From IMG/VR virus record IMGVR_UViG_3300028832_000101, positions 49,380 through 113,379 of that record: 64,000 nucleotides of DNA. One strand, given 5' to 3'. The notes below the pieces were generated by a model. That model did not search any database and was not told where the DNA came from. It saw only the letters and a list, made by a program, of their open reading frames with translations. A program made the translations under genes and the position numbers. Every line of letters begins with the position of its first letter. Within the stretch, counting starts at the first letter, position 1. Origin of the DNA: a virus. Taxonomy: Duplodnaviria; Heunggongvirae; Uroviricota; Caudoviricetes. Positions 10,241-19,698 of this stretch are shown here, in pieces.

Positions 10241-11191
10241 ATGAGAAAACCACAAAACACAGAAAGAGTAGAAGGATATATTTATCAACATGATTTAACA
10301 GTTAAACAAGTTCAAAATCAATCTAGTGATAATTTTGGTAAAGATTTTATCGCAGGTAATATTGAAGTTGCAACTGATGATGAATGCTTAAATGTTATTA
10401 AAGTTCATTTTACTTATGTAACTCCAACAAATAAATCTGGAGCAGAAAATAGAACTTATAGCGTTTTAAAGAAAATAATTGATGAAAATAAAACTATAAC
10501 TGCTGTTGGTAAAGAAAATGCTACAAAAGTTAGAATTGATACAGCTTTAGCATTAAATGATTTTTATAATCAAAATGATGAATTAGTATCAGCAAAAACT
10601 AATGAAGGTGGATTTGTTACAATTATTAATGAATTAGGAGAACCTAAAGAAAGAAATAGATTCACAGTTGATATGGTTATAACTGGAGTAACTCATGTAG
10701 ATGCTGACGCAGAAAAGAAAATTGACGAACATGCTTTAGTTAGAGGAGCAATCTTTAACTTTAGAAATGATTTATTACCTGTTGAATTTAAAGTAAAAAA
10801 TGCAGAAGGTATTAAATATTTTGAAGGATTAGGCGCAACTAATGCAGAACCTATCTATACTAAAGTTTGGGGAGATATAGTATCTGAAACTACTACTACA
10901 ACTCAAGAAGTTGAAAGTGCTTTTGGAGAAGCTGCAGTAAGAACTTATAGAAACACTTCTAAAGAATGGGTTATTACTGGAACTGCAAAAGTACCATATG
11001 ACTTTGGTGATGAAAGTATTTTAACTGCTGATGAATTACAAAAGGCTAGTGCTGATAGACAAGTATATTTAGCTGATATAAAGAAAAGAGCAGACGAATA
11101 TAAAGCAAGTAGAGCCGCAGGAACTACTACTACAACAACTAGTGAAACTGCTGCAACTACAGCTACTAAAACAGCCGGATTTAGTTTCTAA
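10241..11191 (+). CDS. hypothetical protein, possibly phage ssDNA-binding protein
   Basis: position between nuclease and Sak4-like ATPase; poly-Thr C-terminal tail; no diagnostic motif. Confidence 0.45.
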   Translation: MRKPQNTERVEGYIYQHDLTVKQVQNQSSDNFGKDFIAGNIEVATDDECLNVIKVHFTYVTPTNKSGAENRTYSVLKKIIDENKTITAVGKENATKVRIDTALALNDFYNQNDELVSAKTNEGGFVTIINELGEPKERNRFTVDMVITGVTHVDADAEKKIDEHALVRGAIFNFRNDLLPVEFKVKNAEGIKYFEGLGATNAEPIYTKVWGDIVSETTTTTQEVESAFGEAAVRTYRNTSKEWVITGTAKVPYDFGDESILTADELQKASADRQVYLADIKKRADEYKASRAAGTTTTTTSETAATTATKTAGFSF

Positions 11192-11230
11192 TCCGCTGTT
11201 TTGGTTTATATGTAGGAAGGAGTTTTAACA

Positions 11231-12256
11231 ATGGCTATAGATTTATTAAATTTACAACCTCATAAAGTTAGCCGCGATTTACGTGGATATTCAGTATTCT
11301 TTTATGGAGAGCCAAAAAGTGGTAAAACAACTACTGCCGCACATTTCCCAGAAGCATTACTTTTAGCATTTGAAAAAGGTTATAATGCTATTCCAGGAAT
11401 TATGGCACAACCAATTAATAAATGGTCTGAATTTAAACAAACTTTAAGAGAATTAGAAAAACCTGAAATTAAAGAAAAATTTTCAACTATAATTATAGAT
11501 ACTGCCGACATTGCTTATGACTATTGTACTAAGTATATATGTGATAATGCTAAGCGTCCTGATGGCGGATTTGGTGTTGATTCAATAAGTGATATTGGAT
11601 ATGGTAAAGGTTATGGTATGGTTAGTCAAGAATTTGACGATAGTTTAAGAAAAATTGTTCAAATGGACTATGGTCTAGTATTAATTAGTCATGCTACTGA
11701 TAAAACATTTACTAATGAAAATGGAGCTGAATACAATCAAATCGTTCCAACATTAGATAAAAGAGCTACTAATATAGTTTCTCGTATGGCAGATATTATT
11801 GGATATTCAAGAGTAGTTACAACTGATGAAGGCGACAAAACAATGCTATTCATGAGAGGTACTAACAGATATATGGCTGGATCAAGATTTAAATATACTC
11901 CAGATTATATTGAATTTAATTATAAAAATCTTACTGATGCTATTGCAAACGCAATTGATGAACAAGCAAAAGAAGATGGTGGTCAATATTTCACAGAAGA
12001 AAGAAGCAATTTATATGTTTCAAAAGAAGAAGAATTAGATTTTGACCAATTAATGAATGAATTCCAAGACTGCGTAAATAGAATGATAAAAGACGCTGGT
12101 GAAAGTTTTGAAGAAAAGTATTCACCTAGAATTACTCAAATCACTGAAAAATATTTAGGTAGAGGAAATAAAGTAAGTCAATGTTCAAGAGAACAAGTTG
12201 AGGCTTTATCATTAATAGTAGCAGATTTAAAAGAATTAGAAAAACAAGCTATTTAA
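11231..12256 (+). CDS. RecA-family / Sak4-like (AAA_24) recombination ATPase
   Basis: Walker A FFYGEPKSGKTT. Confidence 0.7.
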   Translation: MAIDLLNLQPHKVSRDLRGYSVFFYGEPKSGKTTTAAHFPEALLLAFEKGYNAIPGIMAQPINKWSEFKQTLRELEKPEIKEKFSTIIIDTADIAYDYCTKYICDNAKRPDGGFGVDSISDIGYGKGYGMVSQEFDDSLRKIVQMDYGLVLISHATDKTFTNENGAEYNQIVPTLDKRATNIVSRMADIIGYSRVVTTDEGDKTMLFMRGTNRYMAGSRFKYTPDYIEFNYKNLTDAIANAIDEQAKEDGGQYFTEERSNLYVSKEEELDFDQLMNEFQDCVNRMIKDAGESFEEKYSPRITQITEKYLGRGNKVSQCSREQVEALSLIVADLKELEKQAI

Positions 12257-12261
12257 TATAT

Positions 12262-12287
12262 AGGACGCCTTTTAAGGCGTCTTTTTG
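12262..12287 (+). terminator. intrinsic terminator aggacgcc-ttttaa-ggcgtct + TTTTT
   Basis: perfect 7 bp GC stem then T-run. Confidence 0.6.
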
Positions 12288-12313
12288 ACTTTTCTTTAAT
12301 TAAATGGTATAAT
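12285..12313 (+). promoter_or_regulatory. promoter TTGACT-N17-TATAAT
   Basis: ttgact 12285-12290, tataat 12308-12313. Confidence 0.6.
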
Positions 12314-12350
12314 ATATATGAAGAAAAAAGTATAGTTTGGAGGTGCGGCA

Positions 12351-12863
12351 ATGGCTAAACTATTAGCAAAATGTTTTTATTGCGGAGAGCAATTTGACCG
12401 AAACCAAGAAGAATGGGTTGCAATTAATGCTCGTAGATATGCACATAAAAAATGTCATGAAGTTGCACAGTCAGAAAAGACTCAAGATGAAATTGATTAT
12501 GAGGCATTGACTAATTATATTAAACAAAAATTTAATATGCAAACTATATCTGCAAAAATAACAAGACAAATAACTGACTATAAAAAGCAATATAACTTTA
12601 CATATAGTGGTATGTTGAAATCTCTTATGTGGTGGTTTGATGTTAAACATAACTCTACAGAGGGAACAAATGGCGGAATAGGTATCTTACCTTATATTTA
12701 TCATAATGCAGAAACATATTATTATGGTTTATATATAGCACAACAAGCTAATAAAGGAAAGGTATTAAAGAAAAGGGTTGAGGAAATTGAAATAGCTCCT
12801 CCTCAAGTATATGTACCGCCACCAAAATTATTTAATATAGAGGAGGAAGAAAATGAAGAGTAA
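12351..12863 (+). CDS. hypothetical zinc-binding protein
   Basis: CFYCGEQFD...HKKCHE. Confidence 0.5.
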   Translation: MAKLLAKCFYCGEQFDRNQEEWVAINARRYAHKKCHEVAQSEKTQDEIDYEALTNYIKQKFNMQTISAKITRQITDYKKQYNFTYSGMLKSLMWWFDVKHNSTEGTNGGIGILPYIYHNAETYYYGLYIAQQANKGKVLKKRVEEIEIAPPQVYVPPPKLFNIEEEENEE

Positions 12864-14391
12864 GTTTATAGATATACCATCAATTGTGCAAGTTATAGGA
12901 AATATATATAATAATCCAAATTTATTAGATAATGAAAAATATACTTTTTATGAAGAAGATTTTCCAAATGAATTTCATAAAATAATATTTGGTTCTATAT
13001 ATAATCTTCATGTTATGGGAGCAAAAGAAATAACTATTAATGCTATTGAAGATTATTTATATAATAGACCAACTTCAAATGGAGTATATCAAACTAATAA
13101 AGGTAGAGAATATTTACAAAAAATTAGTGAAGAAGTTCAAATATCTACTTTTGATTATTATTATAATAGAATGAAAAAATTTACTTTATTAAGAGAATAT
13201 GATAAAGTAGGTTTAGATTTAAAGTGGTTATATGATCCAGATAATATATTAGACAGTAAGAAAAAACAAGCACAAGAGGATTGGTTAGATAATACATCAC
13301 TTGAAACTATTGCTGAAACAATAGATAAAAAAATAACTGAAATAAAATTAAAATATGTAGATGGTACAGATGAAGAATATGTACAAGCTGGAGATAATAT
13401 AGAGGAATTAATTGATAGATTACAAAAAAGTCCAGAAATAGGATATCCATTATATGGTCCTCTAGTAAACACAGTAACTCGTGGTGCAAGATTAAAAAAA
13501 CTATATCTTCGTAGTGCGGCAACTGGTGTTGGTAAAACTCGTGCTATGATTGCAGATGCTTGTAATATAGCTTGTGACCAAATATATAATTTAGAAACTA
13601 ATGAATGGGAATTAAATGGAACTAAAGAGCCTACATTATTTATCACAACAGAACAAGAAGTTGATGAAATTCAAACAATGATGTTAGCTTTCTTAAGTGG
13701 AGTTAATGAAGCTCATATTATATATAATCATTATGAAGAAGGAGAGTTAGACCGTGTTATTCAAGCGGCAAAACTTATTAAATCATCTCCGCTTCATATT
13801 AAAAGATTACCTGATTTTAGTTTACAAGATATTGAAAATGCAATTAAGTTTGGTATTCATGAGTGGGGAGTTAGATATGTATTCTTTGATTACTTACATA
13901 CCTCTTTAAAAATCTTAGGTGAAGTATCTTCTAAAGCTGGAATAAAAGGTTTAAGAGAAGATAATGTATTATTTATGATAGCAATAAGATTAAAAGATAT
14001 ATGTAATGAATATGGTGTATTTATAATGACAGCAACACAATTAAATGCAGAATATACAACAGCTCAACAATATGACCAAAACTTATTAAGAGGTGCTAAA
14101 TCTATTGCAGATAAAATTGACTATGGTGCAATTATGTTACAAACTTCGCAAGAAGATAAGGATGCACTTAAACCTATATTAGCACAACAAAATTTACCTG
14201 CTCCTGATATAAAAATGTCAGTATATAAGAATAGACGCGGGCAATATAAAGATATATTATTATGGTGTAAAGCAGATAGAGGAACTTGTAGAATTGAACC
14301 TATGTTTGCAACAGATTATCAATATCAAGTAATTGATTTACCAGATTTAAAAATTAAAATTAATCCTAGCATATCAGCTAGTGCATTTTAG
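12853..14391 (+). CDS. DnaB-like replicative helicase
   Basis: RecA-like C-terminal domain with Walker A SAATGVGKTRAM. Confidence 0.8.
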   Translation: MKSKFIDIPSIVQVIGNIYNNPNLLDNEKYTFYEEDFPNEFHKIIFGSIYNLHVMGAKEITINAIEDYLYNRPTSNGVYQTNKGREYLQKISEEVQISTFDYYYNRMKKFTLLREYDKVGLDLKWLYDPDNILDSKKKQAQEDWLDNTSLETIAETIDKKITEIKLKYVDGTDEEYVQAGDNIEELIDRLQKSPEIGYPLYGPLVNTVTRGARLKKLYLRSAATGVGKTRAMIADACNIACDQIYNLETNEWELNGTKEPTLFITTEQEVDEIQTMMLAFLSGVNEAHIIYNHYEEGELDRVIQAAKLIKSSPLHIKRLPDFSLQDIENAIKFGIHEWGVRYVFFDYLHTSLKILGEVSSKAGIKGLREDNVLFMIAIRLKDICNEYGVFIMTATQLNAEYTTAQQYDQNLLRGAKSIADKIDYGAIMLQTSQEDKDALKPILAQQNLPAPDIKMSVYKNRRGQYKDILLWCKADRGTCRIEPMFATDYQYQVIDLPDLKIKINPSISASAF

Positions 14392-14408
14392 GAAAGGAGG
14401 ATGCGGCG

Positions 14409-15506
14409 ATGGATAGTAAAGAACAATTAGAACAAATAAAAAATGACTTGACAGTAGAACAAATTTTTGATTTACTAATGACATTAGGGGCAGATCCAGT
14501 TCAACATGGAGATATGATAATGGCAAGAACCATATGTCATGGCGGAAATAGTCATAAACTTTATTATTATGATAATACAAAACTATTTAGATGTTATACT
14601 GAATGTAGTGATACATTTGATATATTTCAACTTATAGTTAAAATTGAATCTACCAATGGCCGCAAGTTCTCCCTACCACAAGCATTAAAATATGTAATTA
14701 ATTATTTTAATTTAAGTATAGAAACTAAAAATTTTACAAATGATGATGACCAACTTCAAGATTGGCAAATTTTAAATAGATATGACAAAATTTTAAACAC
14801 TGAAAATAAAGAAGAGAAAAAGGTAGAAATGAAAATATATGATGACAAAATATTAACATATCTACCTCACCCTCGTATCTTACCTTGGGAAGAAGAAGGT
14901 ATAACTAAGGAGGTTATTAAATCTCATAATATATGTTATAATCCATCTTCTCAAGCAATAGTTATTCCTCATTATGATATTAATAATAATTTAATAGGAA
15001 TAAGAGAAAGAACATTAATAAAAGAAAATGAAATATATGGTAAATATAGACCAACATATTTAAATCATCAAATGTATAATCACCCATTAGGATTTGCACT
15101 TTATAATTTAAACAATAGCAAAGATAATATTAAAAGAACTAAAAAAGCAATTATATTTGAAGGAGAAAAATCTCCGTTATTATTTGCAAGTTATTTTGGT
15201 GAAGAAAATGATATAACAGTTGCAGTGTGCGGAAGTTCATTCTCAAGTTATCAAATGAAATTATTATTAGATTTAGGTGTTGAAGAAGTGATTATAGCTT
15301 TTGATAAACAATTTCAAGAATTAGGAGATAAAGAACATATAGGTTGGGTTAAAAAATTAAAAGATATAAATAAGAAATATAGTCCTTATGTTAAAATTAG
15401 TTATATGTTTGACAAATGGGGATTATTGGGCTATAAATCTAGTCCTATTGATGAAGGGAAAGAAAAATTTTTAGAATTATTTGAAAAAAGATTTAGTATA
15501 GAATAG
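14409..15506 (+). CDS. DNA primase (CHC2 zinc finger + TOPRIM)
   Basis: CHGGNSHKLYYY...FRCYTEC zinc finger; EGEKSPLLFAS TOPRIM. Confidence 0.75.
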   Translation: MDSKEQLEQIKNDLTVEQIFDLLMTLGADPVQHGDMIMARTICHGGNSHKLYYYDNTKLFRCYTECSDTFDIFQLIVKIESTNGRKFSLPQALKYVINYFNLSIETKNFTNDDDQLQDWQILNRYDKILNTENKEEKKVEMKIYDDKILTYLPHPRILPWEEEGITKEVIKSHNICYNPSSQAIVIPHYDINNNLIGIRERTLIKENEIYGKYRPTYLNHQMYNHPLGFALYNLNNSKDNIKRTKKAIIFEGEKSPLLFASYFGEENDITVAVCGSSFSSYQMKLLLDLGVEEVIIAFDKQFQELGDKEHIGWVKKLKDINKKYSPYVKISYMFDKWGLLGYKSSPIDEGKEKFLELFEKRFSIE

Positions 15507-15516
15507 AGGTTATAAT

Positions 15517-17313
15517 ATGAAATATAAATTAATAAAAGAAATAGATGAAAAATTATCTCCAATTCAACAAATACTTTTTAATCGTGGAATCCAATTGAGC
15601 GAAATACATCATTATCTAAATACAACAGATAATGATATTTGTAGTGCGGAAATGTTTGGTTCTGAGGTTATTAAGAGTGCTGCGACAGTATTAATAACTG
15701 CAGTTAAAGAAGAAAAAGACATGCTAGTTTTAGTTGATTGCGATTGTGATGGATATACATCTGCCGCAATATTTATAAATTATTTATATGATTTATTTCC
15801 TGCTTATGTAGATAATCATTTAAAATTTTTCTTACATGAAAATAAAACTCATGGATTAAGTGATTGTCTTGAATATATAGAAAATAATGATTTTAAATTA
15901 ATTGTTATTCCAGATGCAGCAAGCAATGATTATGAATATCATAAAAAATTAAAAGAAGAAGGTAGAGATATTATTATCTTAGACCACCATGAAGCCCCTC
16001 AAGTATCTGAGGATGCTATTGTTATAAATAATCAATTAAGTAATTATCCTAATAAACAATTATCAGGTGCTGGAGTGGTATGGCAATTCTGTAGATATTT
16101 AGATACTTTACTTGGTGGAAATAATGCAGACCAATATATTGATTTAGCTGCACTAGGTAATTGTGGAGACATGATGAGTTTAAAATCGATCGAGACTAAG
16201 CATATCATCACCAAAGGTTTCCGCAGTGAAAATATTAAAAATCCATTTATATATGGAATGGCTGAAAAAAATAGTTATTCATTAGGAAATAAAATAACTC
16301 CTATTGGAGCAGCATTTTATATAGTTCCTTTTGTTAATTCTATGGTTAGAAGTGGAACATTAGAAGAAAAAGAATTACTTTTTAAATCAATGTTAAAATC
16401 AGAAGCATTTAAAGAAATACCTTCTAATAAACGCGGACATGCTATAGGAGAAATGGAAAAATTAGTAGACCAAGCATTAAGATGCGCTACTAATGTTAAA
16501 AATAGACAAACAAGAGAACAAGATAAAGGAATGGAACTAGTTGTAAATAGAATTGAAGAAAACAATATGATGGAACATAAGGTTCTTATATTCTTATTAG
16601 AGCCAGGACAAGTAGATCCAAATATTGCAGGTTTAATAGCAAATAAAATAATGGCTAAATATCAAAGACCAACATTAATGTTAACTAAACATATAACACA
16701 AGTAGATGCTATTGACCCAGATGAAAATATTCATTATGATGTAGTATATAGCGGATCTGCTCGTGGATATGCTAGATCTGGAGTAGACAATTTTAAAGAT
16801 ATATGTGAAGAAACTGGTTTAGTAGAATATGCACAAGGACATCAAAATGCTTTTGGTATTGCAATTAAACAAGAAAATATTAAAGATTTTATTGCGGCAA
16901 CAGATGAAGCCTTAAAAGATATGCAATCTGAACCAGTATACTATGTTGATTATATATTTAAAGGTGTTGATGTAAAACCTGAAACTATTTTAGATATAGC
17001 TGGATTAGGAGATATATGGGGCCAAGATATAGATGAAAGTTTGATTTGTGTAGAAAATTTAAAAGTTACAAAAGAAAACTTAACACTTATGTCTCCTGAT
17101 AAAAAACCTACATTAAAAATTACATTACCAAATAAATTAAGTTTTATTAAATTTGGTAGTTCTCAAGAAGAATATGATAAATTGTGTACTGAAGGATATG
17201 TAGAAATTAATATCATTGGCAAATGTAATGCTAATGAATGGAATGGAAATGTTAATCCGCAAATATTAATTGAAGATTATGAAATTATAGGACAAAGTAA
17301 ATACAATTTTTAA
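15517..17313 (+). CDS. DHH-family phosphoesterase, RecJ-like ssDNA exonuclease
   Basis: DCDCDGYTSAAI and LDHHE motifs. Confidence 0.75.
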   Translation: MKYKLIKEIDEKLSPIQQILFNRGIQLSEIHHYLNTTDNDICSAEMFGSEVIKSAATVLITAVKEEKDMLVLVDCDCDGYTSAAIFINYLYDLFPAYVDNHLKFFLHENKTHGLSDCLEYIENNDFKLIVIPDAASNDYEYHKKLKEEGRDIIILDHHEAPQVSEDAIVINNQLSNYPNKQLSGAGVVWQFCRYLDTLLGGNNADQYIDLAALGNCGDMMSLKSIETKHIITKGFRSENIKNPFIYGMAEKNSYSLGNKITPIGAAFYIVPFVNSMVRSGTLEEKELLFKSMLKSEAFKEIPSNKRGHAIGEMEKLVDQALRCATNVKNRQTREQDKGMELVVNRIEENNMMEHKVLIFLLEPGQVDPNIAGLIANKIMAKYQRPTLMLTKHITQVDAIDPDENIHYDVVYSGSARGYARSGVDNFKDICEETGLVEYAQGHQNAFGIAIKQENIKDFIAATDEALKDMQSEPVYYVDYIFKGVDVKPETILDIAGLGDIWGQDIDESLICVENLKVTKENLTLMSPDKKPTLKITLPNKLSFIKFGSSQEEYDKLCTEGYVEINIIGKCNANEWNGNVNPQILIEDYEIIGQSKYNF

Positions 17314-17371
17314 TTGATAATATAATAAAAAAATGTTATAATATTTATATAAAGTAAAGGCGGTATGGATA

Positions 17372-17644
17372 ATGAAAGAAAAAGAAGAAAAAGTATATGA
17401 CAATTATTATTGTGTTATAGATGGATATATAGATACTATTGTCGGTCCATACCCTAAAATGGTCTTCATCCCTGGAAGAGTACTCGCAATTGAGTATTGT
17501 GCTTTAAGTTGTTTATTATATGATTTTGAAACTTATTTAGAAGAACATGGATATGATGAACTATTAGCAAGATTAAAAGATTATAAAATGGATGCAGACG
17601 AAATGATTAAAGAAAGTGAGGCATATAATGATTTCGCTCAATAA
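17372..17644 (+). CDS. hypothetical protein
   Basis: ORF track. Confidence 0.45.
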   Translation: MKEKEEKVYDNYYCVIDGYIDTIVGPYPKMVFIPGRVLAIEYCALSCLLYDFETYLEEHGYDELLARLKDYKMDADEMIKESEAYNDFAQ

Positions 17645-18830
17645 AAAGCAATTAGAAGGACTTGACCTTGCTGTAGCTAGATATAGAAGCGGAGAAAAGA
17701 CAACTATTATATCTGGGTATGCGGGAACTGGTAAGTCAACATTGGTTAAATTCATTATTGCCGCATTAGAAGAAGATGGAATAGATCCAGATAAAGATGT
17801 TGTATATACATCCTTTACTGGAAAAGCAACTCAAGTCTTACAAAAGAAAGGTAATAAAAATGTAAGTACATTACATAAATTATTATTTGAATTTTATCCT
17901 AGACCAGATGGAACATTCTTCCGTAGACCTGTTTCTATGATACCATATAAAATAGTTATAGTAGATGAATGTAGTATGGTGCCAAAAGATTTATTAAAAA
18001 GATTAGCAAGTTATAAAGTTCATATTATATGTTTAGGAGATCCAGGTCAGCTACCTCCGATAAATAAAGATGAAGATAATCACTTATTAGATATTCCTCA
18101 TATATTCTTAGATGAGATTATGAGACAAGAGGAACAAAGTGAAATTATAAAACTTACAATGGATATAAGAGAAGGTAAACCTCTTAATCATTTTATTGGA
18201 AATGAAGTTCAAATACTAGATAAAGAAGAACTTACAACAGGAATGTTACAATGGGCAGACCAGATAATTTGCTCTACTAATGCAACTAGAGTGGCACTTA
18301 ATAAGCAAATGAGAGATTTATTAGGACATGGAGATAGTCCAGAAGATGGAGATAAAGTAATTTGTTTAAGAAATTATTGGGATATTGGTAGTGAAGATGG
18401 GTCGCCCCTAGTTAATGGAACAATAGGATATTTAGAAAATAGTTTTAATAATTTTATAAAGATACCTGCTTATGTTACAGGCGGCAGGTTATCTCAAATA
18501 GATACTGTTATGGGAAATTTTAAAGTTGATGATGATATGACAGTATTTAATAATTTAACAATGGATAAAAAAATGATTCTTGAAGGTGAGCCTACATTAA
18601 ATTGGAAAGAAAGTTATAAATTAAGTAATAATAAAAAATTCTTAAATAGTTTACCTTTAAGTTTTACATATGGGTATGCGATAACTGCTCATAAGTCGCA
18701 AGGCTCAGAATGGGATAATGTACTCGTTATTGAGGAAGGCTTCCCTTTTGATAAAGAAGAGCACAAAAGATGGTTGTATACTGCGGCAACTAGAGCCGCT
18801 AAAAAACTAGTCATTATAAGAAAGGGTTAG
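17628..18830 (+). CDS. RecD-like ATP-dependent DNA helicase
   Basis: Walker A ISGYAGTGKST; ATG 17628 preceded by agtgagg RBS (track GTG start 17616). Confidence 0.75.
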   Translation: MISLNKKQLEGLDLAVARYRSGEKTTIISGYAGTGKSTLVKFIIAALEEDGIDPDKDVVYTSFTGKATQVLQKKGNKNVSTLHKLLFEFYPRPDGTFFRRPVSMIPYKIVIVDECSMVPKDLLKRLASYKVHIICLGDPGQLPPINKDEDNHLLDIPHIFLDEIMRQEEQSEIIKLTMDIREGKPLNHFIGNEVQILDKEELTTGMLQWADQIICSTNATRVALNKQMRDLLGHGDSPEDGDKVICLRNYWDIGSEDGSPLVNGTIGYLENSFNNFIKIPAYVTGGRLSQIDTVMGNFKVDDDMTVFNNLTMDKKMILEGEPTLNWKESYKLSNNKKFLNSLPLSFTYGYAITAHKSQGSEWDNVLVIEEGFPFDKEEHKRWLYTAATRAAKKLVIIRKG

Positions 18831-18841
18831 GTGAAATTGTA

Positions 18842-19090
18842 ATGAGTAGATATAAATTAAAAGAAGTAAAAGATGATAGATGGGCTATATGGTATTTAGA
18901 TTTTGGTACAACTAAAAGAAATAAATTAGGTTGTTATAAAATCTTTGATTTATATTCAAGTTGTAGAAAATATAAATTTGCATTTAGATATAAACCTAGA
19001 GAAGGACAAACACAAGTTCAAAGTGATAATGCAATAATTGATAGAACTATATTTAATTTTAATAAACCTAGAAATACTTTTTTTAGATAA
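18842..19090 (+). CDS. hypothetical protein
   Basis: ORF track. Confidence 0.4.
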   Translation: MSRYKLKEVKDDRWAIWYLDFGTTKRNKLGCYKIFDLYSSCRKYKFAFRYKPREGQTQVQSDNAIIDRTIFNFNKPRNTFFR

Positions 19091-19154
19091 GAGCGGAAAC
19101 CGCGGTTATGAATAATAGCCTCGGTTTTTAACCGTTATAGAGAGGAGATTGATT

Positions 19155-19655
19155 ATGAAAGTTAGAACTAGTTATTTTTATCAAATAAGAAATTTTAAAC
19201 CTAATATGATACCTATGTCTACTGCATTATCAGATCCAGCTTGGTATCATAATAATCAAGATAAAAATTGTATCTTTAAAGATAAAAGAGGAATATTAAA
19301 TGGTCTCCGCCTTAATCCAATCATAGTTCAAGGCAATTGTGGACATGTATGTCCTTGTGAAAACAGAGACCCAGAACATTGTCCTCTTACAAAAGATTAT
19401 GAATTTGAATTAGACTTAATTGATTTTGATAAAATGTATAAAGCTATGGAAGTTTTTTGTAATGACTATTGCCGCCAAGAAGGCATAAAAGAAGAACCTA
19501 TAGCTGTTTTAATAGTGTATGAAACTCCAGATAATCTATGTAGTGAAAGAAAAAGTATTCAAAAATTATTTAATAAGCATGGAATAGAATGTAAAGAGCT
19601 AGATTATCCAATACAAACTCTAGCCACGATTAAACATGAACCATTTGAATTTTAA
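19155..19655 (+). CDS. hypothetical Cys-rich protein
   Basis: NCGHVCPCENRDPEHCPL; RBS agaggag. Confidence 0.5.
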   Translation: MKVRTSYFYQIRNFKPNMIPMSTALSDPAWYHNNQDKNCIFKDKRGILNGLRLNPIIVQGNCGHVCPCENRDPEHCPLTKDYEFELDLIDFDKMYKAMEVFCNDYCRQEGIKEEPIAVLIVYETPDNLCSERKSIQKLFNKHGIECKELDYPIQTLATIKHEPFEF

Positions 19656-19698
19656 ATAATTTTGTTGTATAATATATATAAAGAAAGAAGGTTTTATT

